Below, one piece after another: positions 58,383 through 64,000 of a DNA stretch of 64,000 bases (the first letter of the stretch is position 1; every line of letters starts with the position of its first letter). Source of the DNA: Takakia lepidozioides (lineage: Eukaryota; Plantae; Bryophyta). A program made the translations under genes and the position numbers. The notes below the pieces were generated by a model. The model was given only the letters and a program-made list of their open reading frames with translations. It was not told the origin of the DNA and made no database searches. The stretch spans positions 20,832,001 through 20,896,000 of the forward strand of contig CM060732.1 of the NCBI GenBank assembly GCA_030704615.1, given 5' to 3'.

Positions 58383-61300
58383 ATGGAGGTGGCAAAAGAG
58401 TTAAGTAATATCGAGAGATTCAATGGTGAGGGTTTTGCCATGTGGAAGTATCAGATGAAAGCAATTTTTAGAGGAAAAGAGCTTATGCCCGTTGTTGATG
58501 GGACTGAGCCAAAGCCAGCCAAAGTGCATGGAGTCAACGGAGCACCGGACGTTGATCTGGACCCAGTAGCAGTGATTAAATGGGTGAAGCGTGACAATCA
58601 AGCGATTGGTCTTCTATGCCAGGTAGTGGATCGAAGACAGCTAAAGAACATGATGGGTTGTGAGACATGAGCCACTTTCTGGTAGAAGCTCGGCATCGTG
58701 CATGAGCAACGATCAGCTGAGAATGTTTTTCGCCTTCAAGAAAACTTTTACAAATGCATTATGGAGGACGGAGAAGACATAGCAGATTTTCTTGGCAAAA
58801 TTGAGCTCATTATCAATTCGCTGAGAGGCATGGGAGATGCCAGCTATAGAGATTCGGCAGTTATTGCCAATATTCTTTGCTGGGGGGCACTCTTCATTAG
58901 GCTAGAACACCATCTGCGATCAATACTTTACCGGAGAGGGGGTTTTGAAAAAAAACAATTGCACGAAATATATGTATGGGAAGGGGTATGATTGGTTAAA
59001 ATATTAAAGTATACATAGGGGATAATGCATTTACATAAACTTTACAAAGATCTATAAATACATATAAAAAGACAAATTATATATTTTTTTTCTGCATTTG
59101 TTGATGGGATTGACCCTAAGACTTAAATTTTTCTCTCTTTTTGTACGGGGAGGACTTTTTTAAAAATAAAAATTTGTACAAGTTTTTATACACAAGGGAT
59201 GGGTAAATGCGTAATTAAAATACATACAAGGGGTCAATATCAGTGTACAATGCTGAGTACAGAGGTATTAAAAAACATGTCTTGATCGCACATGTTATGA
59301 GATTTATATGAATAGTGAACCCCCCGAGATTCTTTGCAACTTGCCAACATATCTCAGTCATTTCAGATTAGCCTGGGATAGTGTGCCGGATGGACCAAAA
59401 AAGAACATTGAAATATTGACCTCACGGCTGCTGACAGAGGAGGGAAGAGCAAAGACTGAGGCGAGTGAGATGGCAGCCAAGGCATTCTTGGCAGCGAAGA
59501 AAGGTCAGAACTCGAAATGTTTTGCTGAAAAGAGCTCAAAGCCAAAGTTAACAGCTGAGCAAGGTGAAGCAAGAAGGGCTGCCATAGCCAAGGAGAAGGA
59601 GGAGATGACCTGCTTCAAATGTGGCAAGACAGGGCACTGGAAGCGGGAGTGCCCAGAAAAGAAAAAAAAAAACGGTGATGCCAAAGAAGAGAAGCACGTG
59701 GGATCTACGTACAAGGCGTGGATGGCTGATACAGTATACAGTTCAAGCTCAAAGGACAAAGATGCATGGATCACTGATACTGGTGCCAATACTCACATGA
59801 CAGACCGAAGGGGGGTTCAAGTCTTAAAGAGACATTGCCATGCTTGAGGAGACCGTAGAAGGCGTTGGTGGCATCGAGTATCCGGTGGTTGGCATCGGCA
59901 ATATTGACATCCGGGTGAAAGCTGGAGACGGATGGTATGATAGCGAGCTCACGGATGTTTTACATGTCCCGGGGTTGGGATGGAATCTTTTTTTCGATCT
60001 TGAGAATTGCTAACATGAACGTTGCTACTATGCATACCAAGAGCAGTTGCACCCTCATGCAAGATGGCAAGGTGGTCATGGAAGGGTATGTCAAAAATGA
60101 CATGTGGCATCTGCATATCAAAGTCACAACATCCAAAACTCAAGCATTTTTGGCAGGAGCTTTTGTAGGAGAATCTGCTGCGGGCCAGAGTTTAGAGCTT
60201 TGGCATAGAAGACTTGGCCACGTGAACTGTCAGTCAGTCTTGACAACGGAAGCGATGGTGGATGGATTAAACCTCACAAACAAGAAGAAGCCTGAGTTTT
60301 GTGAAGGTTGTGCTTTTGGAAAGCATCACAAGAGTAAGTTCTCAAAGAAGACATTCAAAGTGCGAGCAGCAGCAGTGGGAGACTTGGTTCACACTGACTT
60401 ATGTGGACCATTCAGTACAAGATCAGTTGGAGGAGCGAAGTACTTCATCTTGTTCAAGGATAATCACTCGGCTTATAGAGTGGTGTATTGCATTACAAAG
60501 AAGTCTGAAGCTTTAAGGTGTCTCAAGAATTTTTTGTCCCTGATGAAAAGAGAAACTGGTCAAACAATGAAGGTGTTGCGATCAGATCGTGGTGGCGAGT
60601 TCACAGGGAAGGATTTTGAAAAATATCTCACAGACATTGAGGCAAAGCATGAGATGACTACTGCATACACACCTGAGCAAAATGGAGCCAGTGAGCGTGA
60701 GAATAGAACCATTATGGAGATGGTGAGAAGCATGATCTATTTTAGCAATGTGTATCCATGGTTTTGGGGTGAGGCCTTACATACAGCGGTATACACTCTG
60801 AATAGAACATCGACATGCACGTTGCTCGACAAGACTCCATTTGAAGCCTGGAATAAGGAGCGGCCATCTGTATCGCACATGAGAGTCTTTGGGTGTGATG
60901 TCTATGTGCATGTTCCCAAAGAATTGAGGACAAAGCTCGATTCAAAAAGCACGAAGGGTGTTTTTATGGGATATAGCTTGACGAGTAAAGCCTATAGAGT
61001 CTGGCTACCCCACAAGAGAAGAATTGAGGAGAGCAGGGACGTTTTGTTCAATGAGGAGGCAGTTCAGGTAAGAAGTGAAGACCGCGATGCATGGAGCAAG
61101 TCAATCGTGCAATACAACCTAGAGCCCGAGGGTGACATGGCTGACACCACACAAGGAGTTGTGGCGTTCCTCCAGGCTCCAGTAGAAGGTAACACTTCAG
61201 TGGGAGGAAGTGAATCAGTGCAGCCAGGAATAGATGTCTTGGTGGAAGATGTCCACTTGGCACCAATCAGTCCCAGAGCGGAGAACATGATGAACGTGTC

Positions 61301-63049
61301 AAATTTGGGGTTTGATGAGCGACCAGCAGCCTCAGCAAGTCAGCCACCAGACTTGGTCCCAAGATGTGTTGACCGACCACCCAAGACCATCTCACCAACA
61401 GTTGTGGTCGATGAAGATACAACCGAGCTGGAGCCAAGAGCCAGGAGAGCTCCGAACATGTATGGAGACTGGTTTTACCCTGGTCGGCATCATGCTTGTG
61501 TTGCCAACTATGATGGCCACTTGTCTGAGGAGCCAGACAGCTATGACGCAGCGCTAAATTGTAGCGAAAGCAATGAGTGGAAAAAGGCTATGGTGGAGGA
61601 GTATCAATCACTCTTGGAGAATGAGACTTGGTAGCTCGAGCCTCTTCCACCTGGGAGAAAGAAAATTATATGCAAATGGGTGTATAAGCTTAAGCTTAAC
61701 GTTGATGGAGGCATTGATCGCTTCAAGGCACGTCTGGGTTACACCCAGCGAGCCGGCGTTGATTACACTGAAACGTTTTCACCTGTTGCGAAATTTGATT
61801 CCATTCGCACCATATTGTCAGTTGCGACAGTGTTGGATTTAGATATCACGCAATTCGATGTGAAGACTGCGTTCCTCTATGGAGAAATCACCGAGGAAAT
61901 CTATATGGAGCAACCGCGTGGTTTTGTTGATCCCAGCCAACCTATAGCTGTATGCCGACTCAAGAAATCCTTGTACGTGCGGCAAGCTTCTAGGGCATGG
62001 AATCGAAAATTCAATAGCTTCGTTCAGACCTTTGGCTTAATTCCAAGCCAAGCCGATCCTTGTGTGTATTATAGCACAACAGAACCCAAGCTAATTTTGG
62101 CGATATTTGTTGATGATGGTCTGATTTGCAGTCACAGATCAGACAATGTCAATGATATTTTAGGCTACATGGGGAAGACGTTCAAAATTACACAAGGATT
62201 GCCAGAGATATATGTTGGTCTTCACATCACGAGGGACCGTGCCAATCGTGTCATGCATGTCGATCAGACAAGATACGTCCTACGTATGCTTCAAAAGTTT
62301 GGATTTTCCGATGCCCATTCAGTCTTTGTGCCTGCTGATCCAAACAGTCGTCTTGACAACATCACCAGAAAAGATAAAGACACGATCACCACCTACCCCT
62401 ACAAGGAAATTGTAGGCAGCCAAATGTTTGCATCTATGGGCACTCGACCAGACATTTCTTTCTTGGTGAGCAACGTGGCCAAATATAGCGAACGACCAAA
62501 GCAGGCTCACTGCAATGCCGGGTGATGAAGTACTTGAGAGGTTCACCAAACCTAGCCCTCACCTACTCAGTCACAAAAGAGCCAAACATTCTTATTGCTT
62601 ACTGTGATTCAGATTATGCTGGAGATATTGATGCTTAGGGATTGTGATACTTCTCAACGGGTCTTTTTGCATGGATGAGTCGAAAGCAACCATGCACCTC
62701 TGGGAGCACTACGGAGTCTGAGTACATTACAGAGGCAATGGCCACGAAGGAGATCATATGGCATCGCAGGCTTCTCCAAAGCATTGGATGCCCCCAGCCT
62801 CACCCCACCCCTCTCTACAGTGACAACCAGTCAGCCATACGGTTGGTACACAATCCGGAATTTCACCGGAGGACAAAGCACATAGATGTGGCTTTCCACA
62901 TCATTAGAGAGCATTAGGAAGAGGGCCATATCGACATTCGTTATGTGCCTACAGTCAATCAAGTCGCTGATGTGCTTACCAAGCCACTAGCAGTTACTAA
63001 CAAATTTCAGCAAATGCGCAGTCTACTTGGACTACAACCAGCAGCTTGA
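58383..63049 (+). pseudogene. Copia gag-pol pseudogene
   Basis: gag FNGEGFAMWK, CFKCGKTGHWKREC knuckle, WITDTGA protease, WHRRLGH, VHTDLCGP/RSDRGGEF/EQNGASER integrase, FDVKTAFL/IFVDD RT and TKHIDV RNase H. Several stops and frameshifts. Confidence 0.92.
58881..59328. mobile_element. AT-rich MITE nested in copia gag, 8-9-bp TSD ATTCTTTG(C)
   Basis: TSD at 58872-58880 and 59329-59337. Imperfect TIR GGGGGGCACTCTTCAT / ATGAATAGTGAACCCCCC. Removing it restores ANILCNLP. Confidence 0.85.
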
Positions 63050-64000
63050 GATTTTTTGAAAGCTACACGCCTTCGTTACTTTAGATGAGTGTGTTATCGT
63101 TGAGTGGGAGTGTTGAATGGGTTGTTTTCTGCAACTCCAACACAGTGCCAGCTTTGTAGGATGTCACCGCTGCACCACCGCACCTTCTAGCGGTGACTTA
63201 GCTAGGGCTCCTACAAATTAGCAATACTATCATGCCACCGCAGCTCTATATATACCTCAGCTCGTATGGAGCGAACTCTCTCTCCAGATTGTTATATGCA
63301 ATTAGCCTCATGATGTTTTTTTGGCAAAAAGACACTTTCAAGGTTAATCTAGCTTTGTCTGCAAAGTGTGTAGTGGTGTGTAGTACCGGTTCTTGATTGC
63401 ACTAGTTATTCACTGTTTGCTATGTAGAGTTTGTGTCATGTATGTCTCCTTTTCAGTGAACTTGCAACCACTACATTTAACATCACTGCGCAAGAGGTGC
63501 GTACATATTTCTGGAACCTCCAAGTTTGTGTGTTTCTGGGTCTCTCCCTTCACAATATCAGTTGGGTGCCAGTATATTCACTCTAGGTTTCAAAACGGAG
63601 TTGAGTCCTTAGCAAATGTTGCCAGGATCTTTTGGTTGGTCTAATTTAGTATGTCAGGTTTCGTTTGAGGGCATGAGAGAGACTGAGATATCGATCGACA
63701 TGACTCGTCCGTGTAAACAGCTTGCAGAATGTCTAGCCTAGTATTGTTACTCTTAACAAGTACAACAGCAGTAGAAAGATTCCTAGATGTAGCATATACC
63801 GAGTCATGAGTGTACATGTAGCTAGTGCATGGGCAATAAACACGTAGTTACTTAGACGTTTCAGTAGTGTGTAATGGTTGCTTGGGAGATCCAGGAATTA
63901 TATCGTTATTGAGACCGTACTGGTCAATTTTGATGTGTACAGTAGACCATTGACTGTTAAGCTTAGTATGCCTTCTGTGGTGGTTGGATCGTTGCGGGAT

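Larger units (their letters stand above)
57800..63482 (+). mobile_element. Ty1/copia LTR retrotransposon, full-length, 5-bp TSD TCACT
   Basis: LTRs 57800-58171 and 63111-63482 (TGTTGAATGG...TTTAACA). TSD at 57795-57799 and 63483-63487. PBS TGTTATGGGCCCA, PPT GAGTGGGAG. Confidence 0.96.
56341..64000 (+). pseudogene. GH3: Duplicated GH3 pseudogene (exon 1, intron 1, exon 2 split by copia, intron 2; continues beyond the window)
   Basis: Near-identical to 28890-30845 from about 56276. It has a +2 frameshift at ~56633 and a -1 frameshift at ~56750. Exon 2 (57703-57799 plus 63488-63496) is interrupted by the copia element. Confidence 0.92.

Overview
Nuclear DNA of a land plant, most likely a non-seed plant (inferred from the transposon lineages). 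It has no prokaryotic features. Three host genes look intact: a 3-exon PPR-SMR gene on the minus strand (1866-3946), a 23-exon full-size ABCG/PDR transporter (~9.5-24.4 kb) and a 5-exon GH3 acyl-acid amido synthetase (28951-32995). A second GH3 copy starts at 56341. It is frameshifted, split in exon 2 by a full-length Ty1/copia element, and runs off the window. Between the two GH3 copies is a ~23-kb nest of transposons: a Tcn1-like chromovirus, two TTAA-flanked CCC...GGG piggyBac-like MITEs, nested hAT elements, a Sola-like transposase element with telomere-like repeats, and several PIF/Harbinger elements. Introns repeatedly carry 3' fragments of one RTE/RTEX-like LINE family with a (TTTCA)n tail. 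The most notable signals are: a Tf1-type self-priming site, a -1 frameshift pseudoknot and an extra ORF with its own TATA-like motif in the chromovirus; piggyBac-like elements in a land plant; a 125-bp microinversion in an intronic LINE shared by both GH3 copies; a possible group II intron endonuclease remnant in an ABCG intron; and a palindrome-rich foldback element with a 6-bp TSD. All coordinates and alignments were read by eye and no database search was run.
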